Assembly (NCBI GenBank): GCA_028716705.1
Contig: JAQUPI010000001.1
Coordinates: forward strand, 1,614 to 65,613
Direction: 5' to 3'
DNA length: 64,000 bases
Source of the DNA: Candidatus Omnitrophota bacterium
GTDB taxonomy: Bacteria > Omnitrophota > Gorgyraeia > Gygaellales > Profunditerraquicolaceae
Part shown: piece by piece, positions 1-9,057 of the stretch
Numbering within the stretch: the stretch's first letter is position 1
Layout: each line of letters begins with the position of its first letter
Notes under the pieces: model-generated
The model's database searches: none
The model's input: the letters and a program-made list of their open reading frames with translations, nothing else
Told to the model about the DNA's origin: nothing
Position numbers and translations under genes: made by a program

Positions 1-60
1 GTCAATAAAAAGTGGATTCAGGATATTTACATATTCTTATTGTTCTATATATTTAACTTT

Positions 61-87
61 GCGGTTTAAGAACCGCGTTTTGGTTTT
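61..87 (+). terminator. Rho-independent terminator-like hairpin (gcggtt-taag-aaccgc followed by gttttggtttt), probably ending an upstream gene outside the window
   Basis: 6-bp GC stem, 4-nt loop, T-rich tail read directly in the sequence. Confidence 0.4.
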
Positions 88-147
88 GACGTAAATCGGC
101 ATGTCTTTTTTTGTCTCCTGCCGCCCGCCATACCAATGGAGAGGAAA

Positions 148-549
148 ATGAGAAAAATTATTTTTGCGATCTTAGCGATGGCGACAACAAGTTTATTAGC
201 CCAATTCTCGATTGCCGCGGAAGGGGAAAGCATCCCTACCGTCGTCAGGAAATATATCGAAGACAAATCCAGGGCTACCGGAACGTTCGATGTATACGAT
301 CCTGAAATAGGCAAAACCCGCATGCTGTCCCTTATGCGGTTAAACAGCAATATAGGCAAAAGCGGGGAGAGATATTATTCATCCGCGGATTTCAAGGATA
401 TGGAAACAGCTGAGACGGTCGAATTGGATTTTGATGTAGACGCAAAGAACGGAAAAACTTCCGTGATCCAGGCCAGGATACGCAAGGTTGGCGGCAAAGA
501 GCGGTATACTTATGATGAAAATAATAACATGATCCCGGTTTTAAGATAA
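148..549 (+). CDS. Hypothetical secreted protein with N-terminal signal peptide (MRKIIFAILAMATTSLLAQFSIAA)
   Basis: ORF 136..549; the second in-frame ATG at 148 is preceded by GGAGAGGAAA RBS; hydrophobic signal-like N-terminus. Confidence 0.5.
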   Translation: MRKIIFAILAMATTSLLAQFSIAAEGESIPTVVRKYIEDKSRATGTFDVYDPEIGKTRMLSLMRLNSNIGKSGERYYSSADFKDMETAETVELDFDVDAKNGKTSVIQARIRKVGGKERYTYDENNNMIPVLR

Positions 550-559
550 GGAAGGTTAA

Positions 560-2974
560 ATGACGACGGAGAAACTTACTCATATAGAATTGAGGAAGAA
601 ATGCGACCTTTCCGCTTTCGATTTCAAGACAACCGATGAGCTTTCGGTCGGGCCGCAGATGATCGGCCAGGACAGGGCCTTAAAGGCCATTGACTTCGGG
701 CTTAATATTAAAAGCGAAGGTTTCAATTTATATGTTTCCGGGGCGCTCGGGACCGGCAGGAATACGTCGATCATCCGCGCAGTTGAGGCGATCGCCGCCA
801 AAGAAAACGCTCCGGAAGATATCTGCTACCTCTACAACTTCCAGAAAAAAGACGAGCCCAAGGCCCTCAAGCTTCCGGCAGGCAAGGGATGCGCCTTAAA
901 AAAAGACATGGAAGAATTGAGCAATGACCTTGAGCAACGGATCATCAAAGCCTTTATGAGCGAAGAGTATGAAGAGCACAAAAAGTCCATTTTGAGTAAA
1001 TTCGAAGAGAAAAAGACGGTCCTGCAGAGCGAAACCGAGGAATTCGCCAGGTCAAAAGAGCTTGCTATTCAACAGACCTTGACCGGATTCGTCGTTGCCC
1101 CGGTGCATAAGGGAAGGGTCATTTCCGAGGAAGATTACGGGAAAATGCCGAAAGACAGGAAGAAAAGGGTCTCGAAAGACGAGGAAGAGGTTTACCAGAG
1201 AATAGAGGAGGCTATAAGGCGGATAAATTCCATGAACAGGGAGATGAAAGACGAGATTAAAAAATTAGACGAAGAGATAGGCCTTTACGCGGCGGAACAC
1301 TTGATACACGAATTAAAGAAAAAATACGGCCAATACGAGCTGATCATAAAACATCTTGGGGATATCCAGGATGATATTTTGAAAAATATCGAGGCCTTTA
1401 AAAAAGATAACGAGCCTGCCGCGTTACCTTTCTTGCAGGAAAGGCCGCAGAAACAGGAAATACTGAATAAATACAGGGTAAACCTTTTAGTGGATAACTG
1501 CGATACTAAAAAAGCGCCGATAATCGTCGAAGAGAACCCCACTTATTACAACCTTAACGGCTACATAGAATACCGCCCGCAATTTGGGACGCTTTTAACC
1601 GATTTCACGATGATAAAGGCGGGCGCGGTGCATAAGGCAAGCGGGGGCTACCTGATCCTCCAGGCGGAACAGCTCTTAAGGGATTATATCTCCTGGGATT
1701 CGCTGAAAAAGGTCATCCGTTACAAGAAGGCAAAGATAGAAGACGCTTATGTCCGTTATGGTTTCGCGCCTACCACCGGACTAAAGCCGGAGCCCGTATC
1801 CGTGGATTTAAAGGTGATCATCGTGGGTAATCCTTTATTTTATCATTTGCTTTATGTATATGATGAAGAGTTCAAGAAACTCTTTAAGATAAAGGCGGAT
1901 TTCGACGCCTCTTCGAAAAAGTCGGATGAACTTATCAAAAAGTACGTGTTTTTTATCGCCGGTAAGGTGAAAGATGAGAATCTCCTCCCATTTGAGAAGG
2001 AAGCGGTCGCGGATATCATAGATTACAGCTCGCGGATAATCTCGCACAAAGAGAAACTCAGCGCCAGGTTCTCGGATATCGTCGACATCATGCGCGAAGC
2101 CGATTCATGGGCGAGAAAAGACGGTCAAATACAGGTAAGCGCGGAGGATGTAAAGAGGGCGCTTGAGGAAAAAGTATATCGTTCAAACGCGATCGAGAAA
2201 AAGATCCAGGAATTGATAGAGGAGGGTGTCCTGTTCATAGACACGCAAGGCGCTGAGATAGGGCAGTTAAACGGTTTGGCCGTGATCGATCTGGGGGATT
2301 ATATGTTCGGCCATCCCTCTAGAATAACCGCCCGGACTTATGTCGGCAGAGGCAACATCGTGAATATAGAGAGAGAAGCAAAATTGAGCGGAAGGATACA
2401 CTCTAAAGGCGTTTTGATCTTAAGCGGGTACCTGGGAGACAAATTCGCCCAGGATAAGCCGCTGGCGCTTTCAGCAAGCATATGTTTTGAGCAGCTCTAC
2501 GAGGAAGTAGAGGGCGACAGCGCCTCCAGCGCTGAATTGTATTGCCTGCTTTCCAGCCTTTCAGAGTTTCCTCTCAGGCAGGATATCGCGGTGACCGGAT
2601 CTGTCGATCAGAGAGGAAGGATCCAACCCATTGGCGGAGTTAACCAGAAAATAGAAGGGTTTTTTGACGCCTGCAAGGTAAAGGGTTTGACCGGCAAGCA
2701 GGGCGTAATGATCCCTCAGGCGAATGTGCAGCACCTTATGCTCAGGGAGGAGGTCATTCAGGCGGTCAAAGAGAATAAATTCCATATTTATCCGGTAAAG
2801 ACAATAAACGACGGCATAGAAATACTTACCGGTAAACCAGCCGGCGTAAAACAGGCTGACGGCGGATATCCCGAAGGCTCGGTAAATTACAGGGTAAATC
2901 AGCGGTTGAACGAATACGCCAGGATAGCCGTTGATTTCGGTAAAGCCCGCACCGCTGCCAACGCCGCTCCCTGA
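560..2974 (+). CDS. Lon-like ATP-dependent protease of the YcbZ/LonH type, with a divergent AAA+ N-terminal part and a C-terminal S16 protease domain
   Basis: The C-terminal region (IGQLNGLAVID...GDSASSAELY...AVTGSVDQRGRIQPIGGVNQKIEGFF...TGKQGVMIPQANV) closely resembles the E. coli YcbZ Lon proteolytic domain, including the catalytic Ser/Lys context; RBS AAGGAAGG. Confidence 0.85.
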   Translation: MTTEKLTHIELRKKCDLSAFDFKTTDELSVGPQMIGQDRALKAIDFGLNIKSEGFNLYVSGALGTGRNTSIIRAVEAIAAKENAPEDICYLYNFQKKDEPKALKLPAGKGCALKKDMEELSNDLEQRIIKAFMSEEYEEHKKSILSKFEEKKTVLQSETEEFARSKELAIQQTLTGFVVAPVHKGRVISEEDYGKMPKDRKKRVSKDEEEVYQRIEEAIRRINSMNREMKDEIKKLDEEIGLYAAEHLIHELKKKYGQYELIIKHLGDIQDDILKNIEAFKKDNEPAALPFLQERPQKQEILNKYRVNLLVDNCDTKKAPIIVEENPTYYNLNGYIEYRPQFGTLLTDFTMIKAGAVHKASGGYLILQAEQLLRDYISWDSLKKVIRYKKAKIEDAYVRYGFAPTTGLKPEPVSVDLKVIIVGNPLFYHLLYVYDEEFKKLFKIKADFDASSKKSDELIKKYVFFIAGKVKDENLLPFEKEAVADIIDYSSRIISHKEKLSARFSDIVDIMREADSWARKDGQIQVSAEDVKRALEEKVYRSNAIEKKIQELIEEGVLFIDTQGAEIGQLNGLAVIDLGDYMFGHPSRITARTYVGRGNIVNIEREAKLSGRIHSKGVLILSGYLGDKFAQDKPLALSASICFEQLYEEVEGDSASSAELYCLLSSLSEFPLRQDIAVTGSVDQRGRIQPIGGVNQKIEGFFDACKVKGLTGKQGVMIPQANVQHLMLREEVIQAVKENKFHIYPVKTINDGIEILTGKPAGVKQADGGYPEGSVNYRVNQRLNEYARIAVDFGKARTAANAAP

Positions 2975-3048
2975 GGGCGCAGAATGTGATTGCGGGGCTC
3001 ATAATTTAGCGGTAAAATAACTCAAGCAACGCTTTATGGAGAAAAACG

Positions 3049-3792
3049 ATGCCCGAAAAGATACTTATTGTGGATGACGACGCTGAATTCAGGCAGGAAT
3101 TGAGGGATTACCTGCAAGATTACCAAGTAGTGGAAGCGGCGAACGGGATGGAGGCCTTAAGGATAATAAACCGGGCAAATGAAATAGGAGTCGTCATTTT
3201 AGACGTGATGATGCCGAGGATAAGCGGTACGGAGGTATTAAGCGAAATCAAGAAAATAGAGCCCGATCTCGGTATAATTATTTTAACCGGCCACAGCTCC
3301 AAGGATGTTGCTATTGAAGCCCTGAAGAACCGCGCCGATGAATATCTCGAGAAACCGTCAAGCATAGAAAGCTTGAAAGAGATTATTGAAAAGCTGTTGT
3401 CCAAGAGGAACGGCGAGGCTGAGATAGACACGGCGAATACCGAAGGCAAGGTCCTTAAGGTAAGGCGTTTTATAGAGAAAAATTGTTTTAAAAAGACCAC
3501 CTTGAAAGAAGCCGCGGAAGCCGTCTGCCTAAGCCCAAAATACTTAAGCCGTGTATTCAAAGAAGAAACTGGCGCCGGGTTCAACGAATATAAATTGAAA
3601 ATAAAAATAGGCAGTGCCAAAGAGCTATTGGGCAAAAGCGGATGCAACGTGAATCAGATCTCGGACAAATTAGGTTATGAGAACGCGGAAAGCTTTATCA
3701 GGCAATTTCGTAAATTGACCCGCCAAACCCCCAGCGAATTCAGAAGAAAGCTGCAAGGCAAAAGGAAGAAAAAGGCCCCCCGCACCAGGTAG
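3049..3792 (+). CDS. Response regulator with receiver domain and AraC-type HTH output domain
   Basis: N-terminal KILIVDDD...ILDVMMP receiver motifs; C-terminal AraC-like helix-turn-helix (LSPKYLSRVFKEETG...FRKLTRQTPSEFR). Confidence 0.85.
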   Translation: MPEKILIVDDDAEFRQELRDYLQDYQVVEAANGMEALRIINRANEIGVVILDVMMPRISGTEVLSEIKKIEPDLGIIILTGHSSKDVAIEALKNRADEYLEKPSSIESLKEIIEKLLSKRNGEAEIDTANTEGKVLKVRRFIEKNCFKKTTLKEAAEAVCLSPKYLSRVFKEETGAGFNEYKLKIKIGSAKELLGKSGCNVNQISDKLGYENAESFIRQFRKLTRQTPSEFRRKLQGKRKKKAPRTR

Positions 3793-3798
3793 AAATAA

Positions 3799-3880
3799 GT
3801 CAATAAAAAGTACCTTTCAGTCAATCAAGATCCCGGCATTTATAGTAAGATAAATTTGTTCCGCCAGCTGTCAATACGCT
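3799..3880 (+). promoter_or_regulatory. Three GTCAAT-containing direct repeats (at 3799, 3820 and 3870; first two spaced 21 bp) between the AraC-type regulator and the histidine kinase; candidate regulator binding sites
   Basis: AAGTCAATAAAAAG / CAGTCAATCAAGA / CTGTCAATACGC read in the sequence; the first copy is part of a 13-mer also found at window position 1..13. Confidence 0.3.
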
Positions 3881-4012
3881 GTAATAAAACAGGTTTATAA
3901 ATTATGGGTATTGCTTTTATTTTGCCGTCGAAGGTTTTGCCAGTTAAAAGCATACATGTGGAATAAAGCGGTTGATAAAAAGCGCAGAACAGAACCCTTA
4001 AGGTCTAAGAGG

Positions 4013-6628
4013 ATGGAAGATAATTGGCGCCAGCTCGATAGCCTGAGGAAGTACATCGATATTTTGAACGATATAATAGTCGTTACCGGAAAGGAAAAAA
4101 AGGTAACATTTATAAATAAAAAGGGCGCACAGTTATTAGGGTATAAAGAAAAGGAGATTGTCGGCAAAGAGCTGTCCGATTTCTTTCCTGAGGCGGCAAA
4201 AGAGGGCATAGGAAAAACCCTAAACGCATTGATCATCAAGAAGGCAAAGCCGGCGCATTACGAGCAGGGAATACTCGCAAAGAACGGCAGCCTCCGGCTT
4301 ATCAGTTGGCACAGCACGCTCTTAAAGGACGTAAACGGCAGGATAACCGGCGTGATAAGTTCCGGGAGGGACATTACAGAAAACAAACGCGCGGAAGAAA
4401 AAGAGCGCCATTTAGCGGGTTTCCCGCGGTTCAATCCTCACCCTGTGATGGAGCTGGACGCCGCAGGGAATTTGATCTACGCCAATCCCAGCGCTATCGC
4501 CTCACTAAAGAAATTAGGAAAGGGCAAAGACGCGACATGCTTTTTGCCTTCTGATTTCAAAGAGATCCTGAAATGCCTCTCCTCACAGAAAAACACGAAG
4601 TTTACGCGGGAAGTATGGATAAAAGGAAAATTCTTCATTGAGACGATAATTACCATCCCGGAATTAAGGGTAGCCCGCATTTACGCCCGCGATATCACGC
4701 CGAGCAAGATCTCAGAAAACATCTTGAAGAAGACAAGGGACTACCTGGAAAACCTGATCGATTACGCGAATGTGCCCATTATTGTATGGGATAGCGAGCT
4801 GTGTATAACCCGCTTTAACCGCGCCTTCGAAATACTTACCGGATACAAGGCCAAAGAAGTGCTGAGGAAAGATCTAAGTTTTCTTTTCCCGGCGAAAACA
4901 AAAGAGGAAACGCTCTTCTGGGTCCGCTGCACCCTTTGGGGCGAGCGTTTGGAATCCCAGGTTCTACCCATACGCTGCAAGGATAAATCGGTCAAATCCG
5001 TTATCTGGAGTTCGGCGACTATTTATGATGATAAAACGCATGAGATGCTTTCTGTCATCGCTCAGGGAAGGGACATTACCCAGGAAAAGGCGGCCCGCGA
5101 GGCGCTGCAAAAGCTTAACAGCGAACTGGAAGTAAAAATAGCCGAACGTACCGCTGAATTGACCGAGTCCTACCGGTTGACTGAAGCCCGCAACAAAATA
5201 CTTAATTTGATCGGTACGCAATCTTCGCGTAAAGAGTTCCAGGATTCTCTGCTTCTCCTGTTAAAGGAATGGTGTGGATGCGGAGCGGCCGAAATACGGA
5301 TAATAGCGGATGAGGAGAAAGAAAGCCCGCTCAAAAGGCGCGGGTTTCTTTCATCAGCGATAATACCCATACGCAATAATAAAAAGACTATCGGACACAT
5401 CATGCTCCGCGATGAAAAAGAAGGGGTTTTCTCTTTTAAAAGGCGGAAATTCCTTGAAACCCTTGTTCCTTTAATCGCGGAAGGCATCGGCAAATTTAAT
5501 ATGGAAGACAAGATCAGGCGCGATCATGCTATTCTCGAGGCGTTCTTCAAGCATACGGTCACGCCGCTGGTCTTTTTGAATACCCAGTTTAATTTTATCA
5601 GGGTTAATGAAGCTTACGCCAAGGCGTGGAAGAGAAAGGTTTGCGACTTCCCGGGCCGCAATCATTTTGAGTTATTCCCTCATGCCGAGACGCAAGAGAT
5701 TTTCGCGAACGCGCTGAGAGATAAAACGCCGTATCAGGCGTTCGCTCAGCCCTTTGTATTACCTGACCGGCCCGATTGGGACCTGAACTACTGGGATTGG
5801 ACGCTGGTGCCGGTAACGGATAATAAGGGGGATGTTGAGTTCCTGGTTTTTTCCTTGATGGATGTAACCGAACGCAAGTTAGCGGAAGAAAGCCTTATCT
5901 TAGCGCAGAAGGAACTGGAATCCGCCAAGCGGCTCTCGGATATAGGGGTGCTCGCGGCAACCGTCGCGCATGAACTGCGTAACCCGCTGGGGGTTATCCG
6001 CACAGCGGCTTATAACATAAAAAGAAAGACCTGCGAGCCGCTCCTGGACAATCACCTGCATAACATTGAGAAGAAGATAATCGAATCGGACCAGATCATC
6101 AATAATCTTTTATTTTATTCGCGTATTAAATCGCCCCACTATGAAAGGGTAAAGATTTACGAAATAATTAACGAATGCGTTATCGCGGCGGCGACCAGGT
6201 TTAAGGCCCGCGATGTCGCGCTTGTTAAAAAAATCAGCTCCCTCAAGGCGGATTACGTTGACGCCGATCCCTTGCAGATCGCCGAGATCATCAACAATAT
6301 CCTGAATAACGCCTATGATGCCTTACCGCAAGAAAATGGACGCATAGAAATAACCGCCCAAAAAGACGGCCAAGGCAATATTGAAATGGCCTTTAGCGAC
6401 AATGGGGAAGGTATAGGGGATGATGATATAAAGAAAATATTTGAGCCGTTTTTCACGACCAAAGCAAAAGGGACCGGGCTTGGTTTGACCGTGAGCCGTC
6501 AAATAGTAAGCCTGCACGGAGGAAAGATCTCCGCGGAAAGCAGGCGGAACGAAGGCACAACGGTCAAGGTGACCATACCGGCCAGGCGCTCAGGCGGACT
6601 AAATGAAAAAGAAACTTCTGATCATTGA
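4013..6628 (+). CDS. Multi-PAS sensor histidine kinase (HisKA + HATPase_c)
   Basis: Several PAS-like segments; H-box LAATVAHELRNPLGVI; ATPase G-boxes DNGEGIGDDDIKKIFEPFFTTKAKGTGLGLTVSRQIV. Start set at ATG 4013 (RBS AAGAGG), which is in frame with the tracked ORF 3911..6628. Confidence 0.85.
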   Translation: MEDNWRQLDSLRKYIDILNDIIVVTGKEKKVTFINKKGAQLLGYKEKEIVGKELSDFFPEAAKEGIGKTLNALIIKKAKPAHYEQGILAKNGSLRLISWHSTLLKDVNGRITGVISSGRDITENKRAEEKERHLAGFPRFNPHPVMELDAAGNLIYANPSAIASLKKLGKGKDATCFLPSDFKEILKCLSSQKNTKFTREVWIKGKFFIETIITIPELRVARIYARDITPSKISENILKKTRDYLENLIDYANVPIIVWDSELCITRFNRAFEILTGYKAKEVLRKDLSFLFPAKTKEETLFWVRCTLWGERLESQVLPIRCKDKSVKSVIWSSATIYDDKTHEMLSVIAQGRDITQEKAAREALQKLNSELEVKIAERTAELTESYRLTEARNKILNLIGTQSSRKEFQDSLLLLLKEWCGCGAAEIRIIADEEKESPLKRRGFLSSAIIPIRNNKKTIGHIMLRDEKEGVFSFKRRKFLETLVPLIAEGIGKFNMEDKIRRDHAILEAFFKHTVTPLVFLNTQFNFIRVNEAYAKAWKRKVCDFPGRNHFELFPHAETQEIFANALRDKTPYQAFAQPFVLPDRPDWDLNYWDWTLVPVTDNKGDVEFLVFSLMDVTERKLAEESLILAQKELESAKRLSDIGVLAATVAHELRNPLGVIRTAAYNIKRKTCEPLLDNHLHNIEKKIIESDQIINNLLFYSRIKSPHYERVKIYEIINECVIAAATRFKARDVALVKKISSLKADYVDADPLQIAEIINNILNNAYDALPQENGRIEITAQKDGQGNIEMAFSDNGEGIGDDDIKKIFEPFFTTKAKGTGLGLTVSRQIVSLHGGKISAESRRNEGTTVKVTIPARRSGGLNEKETSDH

Positions 6629-6962
6629 CGACGACGCGGAATTGTGCAAGGAATTAATCGAGATCTTTGATTCCGAAGGATATAATGTTACCTGTATCTT
6701 TAACGGCGATGATATAGAAAAAACCATTGCGCAATCCGAATTCCATATAATACTTCTTGATTTCAAAATGCCCGGCCTTAATGGGATCGAGGCCTTAAGG
6801 GCGATAAAAGAGAAAAGCCGGGAAAGCAAAATCCTCATCGCGACGGGCAGGCCCTATATTGAGGATCTTTTAAAGAGAGAAGGCCTCTTTGGGGCAGTCG
6901 GAGGTATTTTTGTAAAGCCTTATAAACCAGAGCTGCTTATTGAAAAGATCAAAACTTTTTGA
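6603..6962 (+). CDS. Stand-alone receiver-domain (CheY-like) response regulator, overlapping the end of the histidine kinase gene
   Basis: KKLLIIDDD...ILLDFKMPGLNG...FVKPYK receiver motifs; no output domain. Confidence 0.8.
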   Translation: MKKKLLIIDDDAELCKELIEIFDSEGYNVTCIFNGDDIEKTIAQSEFHIILLDFKMPGLNGIEALRAIKEKSRESKILIATGRPYIEDLLKREGLFGAVGGIFVKPYKPELLIEKIKTF

Positions 6963-7082
6963 GAAAAAAGTCAAAAAAAAGCGGAATCCGCCGATTTACT
7001 GGGGGCTTAAATTACAATATCATACGTTTAAATAAAGGCTAAATTTCAATCCTGAACAGATTCTTAAAAGGAGGTAAGTGAA

Positions 7083-7256
7083 ATGGCCAACCAAAAAAGA
7101 AGCGAAAGAACACAGAAGGGATCTGCCAATACCAATATTCATGAGATGATCGAACGCAAAGCCTTTGAGCTTTATAATAATAGAGGGGCTAAGCCCGGGA
7201 AAGAGCTGGACGATTGGCTTGAAGCTGAGAAGCTCGTGACTCAAAGGTCATCCTAG
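7083..7256 (+). CDS. Small DUF2934-like protein (57 aa)
   Basis: AAAGGAGG RBS; ERKAFELYNNRGAKPGKELDDWLEAEKL matches the DUF2934 signature (AYxxW/YxxRGxxxGxxxxDWxxAE). Confidence 0.5.
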   Translation: MANQKRSERTQKGSANTNIHEMIERKAFELYNNRGAKPGKELDDWLEAEKLVTQRSS

Positions 7257-7275
7257 TCTTTGTCAGGAGGGAAAA

Positions 7276-7380
7276 ATGTGCCAAACTTGCGGATGTACTC
7301 CATGCAGGAAATGCGGTAAGCCGGTCAAAAAAGGGGTTTGCAGCGGTTGTGGAAAGAAGACAGAAGACTGTACTTGTTAA
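7276..7380 (+). CDS. 34-aa cysteine-rich peptide (9 Cys: MCQTCGCTPCRKCGKPVKKGVCSGCGKKTEDCTC); metallothionein-like or zinc-ribbon-like small protein
   Basis: Strong RBS AGGAGGG 6 nt upstream of ATG; multiple CxxC/CxC motifs; not in the ORF track (<60 aa). Confidence 0.35.
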   Translation: MCQTCGCTPCRKCGKPVKKGVCSGCGKKTEDCTC

Positions 7381-7456
7381 GAATAACCCAATAAGGTATT
7401 GATAAATGAACTACGTCTGCGTTTTTAACAGCAGGAACAGGACAGGAGAATATTTA

Positions 7457-7828
7457 ATGGGCAGAAAGGTTATGGTTATCGATGACGATAAGGAATTTCT
7501 ACAAGAGCTGAGAGAGACTCTGTCTTTAAGCGGATATGAATTAATAGCGGTGAACGATGCCAGTAACGCGGTAGAGATGGTCCATGCCACCAAACCCGAC
7601 GTTATACTGCTTGACCTTAAGATGCCTCAAAAGAGCGGATTCCAGATCGCTGATGAATTACGCCATCTTTCGGAGGTTTCCAATATACCGATCATAGCGA
7701 TGAGCGCGTATCTGAAGGACGATTATTCCCCCCTATTGAACATCTGCGGCATTAAAGAGTGCCTTAGAAAGCCCTTTAACCCGCTGGATGTAATCGCGAA
7801 GATAGAAGAGGTCTTAGCAGCGAAATAA
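7457..7828 (+). CDS. Stand-alone receiver-domain response regulator
   Basis: RBS ACAGGAGA; KVMVIDDD...ILLDLKMP...KPF receiver motifs; ORF track 7406..7828 trimmed to ATG 7457. Confidence 0.8.
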   Translation: MGRKVMVIDDDKEFLQELRETLSLSGYELIAVNDASNAVEMVHATKPDVILLDLKMPQKSGFQIADELRHLSEVSNIPIIAMSAYLKDDYSPLLNICGIKECLRKPFNPLDVIAKIEEVLAAK

Positions 7829-7928
7829 GGCAGGAACATAATCCTTGACATTCCCGCTGAAAGAAACTATAAAATTGTCAGGATCAGCTTCTTACCTAAT
7901 CGTCCCATTTACTAAGGAGGGAAAGGCA

Positions 7929-8324
7929 ATGACGGACATAAAAGATCTGTTTCAGAGCGCGGATTGGAAAACAGAAAAGCATGTTCCTGTTATAGATGTT
8001 CCTGGGAAGGTCAAAAAGGGGGTTTTTACGCCTGTTTCCATAATGATCGGGAAAGAGATCCCGCATCCCAATACCACCGCACACCATATCCGCTGGATCG
8101 AAGTTTATTTCTTGCCGCAAGGCGAAACTTTTCCGTATGAGCTCGGCAGGGCGGAATTCAGTTCCCATGGAGAATCGGTCCAGGGGCCGGATACCAGTAC
8201 CATATATACGCATTCTGAAATGTTTTTGAAATTCAAAACTGATAAGCCGGGAACGTTGTTGGCCTCTTCCTATTGCAACATCCACGGGCTTTGGAAGAGT
8301 TCTAAAGAGATAGCGGTCGAATAG
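7929..8324 (+). CDS. Superoxide reductase (1Fe-SOR / neelaredoxin-desulfoferrodoxin family)
   Basis: RBS AAGGAGGG; EKHVPVI motif plus His-rich iron-binding context (HHIRW, CNIHG) typical of SOR; ORF 7845..8324 trimmed to ATG 7929. Confidence 0.75.
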   Translation: MTDIKDLFQSADWKTEKHVPVIDVPGKVKKGVFTPVSIMIGKEIPHPNTTAHHIRWIEVYFLPQGETFPYELGRAEFSSHGESVQGPDTSTIYTHSEMFLKFKTDKPGTLLASSYCNIHGLWKSSKEIAVE

Positions 8325-8339
8325 CGCGAGGAGAATAAT

Positions 8340-8783
8340 ATGGCTGATCTAAAGAAAGAATTGGTTGAAATGTTAAATAAAGCGCTTGAGCTTGAACATG
8401 CCGCGCGCATTCAATACCTGGCGCACGCGCAGTTAGTGGAGGGCATTAACGCCGAAAAAATCGTGGAACGGCTTGAAGAGATAGCCTCCGATGAGGATAA
8501 ACATGAAAAGAAATTCAGGAACCTTATTGGCGCCTATCTCGGGGGCGAACCCAGCATGGGAATTTCCGAAACCAGGACCGCCAGGAAGATCGAGGACATA
8601 CTCCAGGCGAACCTGGAACAGGAGAAAGAAGCAATAGACTTCTATAAGGGGATTTACAGGAAAGTCAACGAAAACAAGGACTCCCTGCATTATGAGTTCG
8701 AGACGCTGGAGCATGATCTGCGGCATATCATAATCGATGAAGAGGAGCACGTAATCGAACTTTCTCTTTTGCTTGGATTATAA
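8340..8783 (+). CDS. Ferritin-like diiron protein (rubrerythrin/bacterioferritin-like four-helix bundle)
   Basis: Two ExxH motifs (ELEH, EEEH) in predicted helices. Confidence 0.6.
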   Translation: MADLKKELVEMLNKALELEHAARIQYLAHAQLVEGINAEKIVERLEEIASDEDKHEKKFRNLIGAYLGGEPSMGISETRTARKIEDILQANLEQEKEAIDFYKGIYRKVNENKDSLHYEFETLEHDLRHIIIDEEEHVIELSLLLGL

Positions 8784-8797
8784 AAAAGGCGGGAAAA

Positions 8798-8875
8798 ATG
8801 ATGGGTTGCGGTGCCTGCGGGCCGATGAAGCCGAAAAAGAAGGCGAAAAAGAAAAATAAGAAACCTTCCAAATGA
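8798..8875 (+). CDS. Putative 25-aa peptide MMGCGACGPMKPKKKAKKKNKKPSK (CxxC + poly-Lys tail), start/stop-overlapping (ATGA) with the ferredoxin gene
   Basis: Short ORF with weak RBS AAGGCGGG; the overlap suggests translational coupling; could be non-coding. Confidence 0.2.
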   Translation: MMGCGACGPMKPKKKAKKKNKKPSK

Positions 8876-9057
8876 CTGCGAGAGTTGACCCGAATATATG
8901 CATAGGATGTACGCTCTGTACGCAAATCTGCCCGCAAGTCTTCAGGATGGAAGGCGATAAGGCGGCGGCGTTCATAAACCCGGTTCCAAAAGATATCGAA
9001 GATGCCTGCCGGCAGGCGGCGGACGATTGCCCGGTAACGGCAATATTTGTTGAATGA
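8872..9057 (+). CDS. Small single-cluster 4Fe-4S ferredoxin
   Basis: CIGCTLCTQICP ... CP motif; 61 aa. Confidence 0.8.
   Translation: MTARVDPNICIGCTLCTQICPQVFRMEGDKAAAFINPVPKDIEDACRQAADDCPVTAIFVE

Noticed and set aside
111-305. 64-aa + strand ORF overlapping the first secreted-protein gene
   Set aside because: An out-of-frame overlap with a better-supported ORF (signal peptide, RBS); Arg-rich frame artefact.
3911-4012. Upstream extension of the histidine kinase ORF (MLLFCRRRFCQLKAYMWNKAV...)
   Set aside because: It runs across the AT-rich intergenic/promoter region containing the GTCAAT repeats; a good RBS and ATG at 4013 give a more plausible start.
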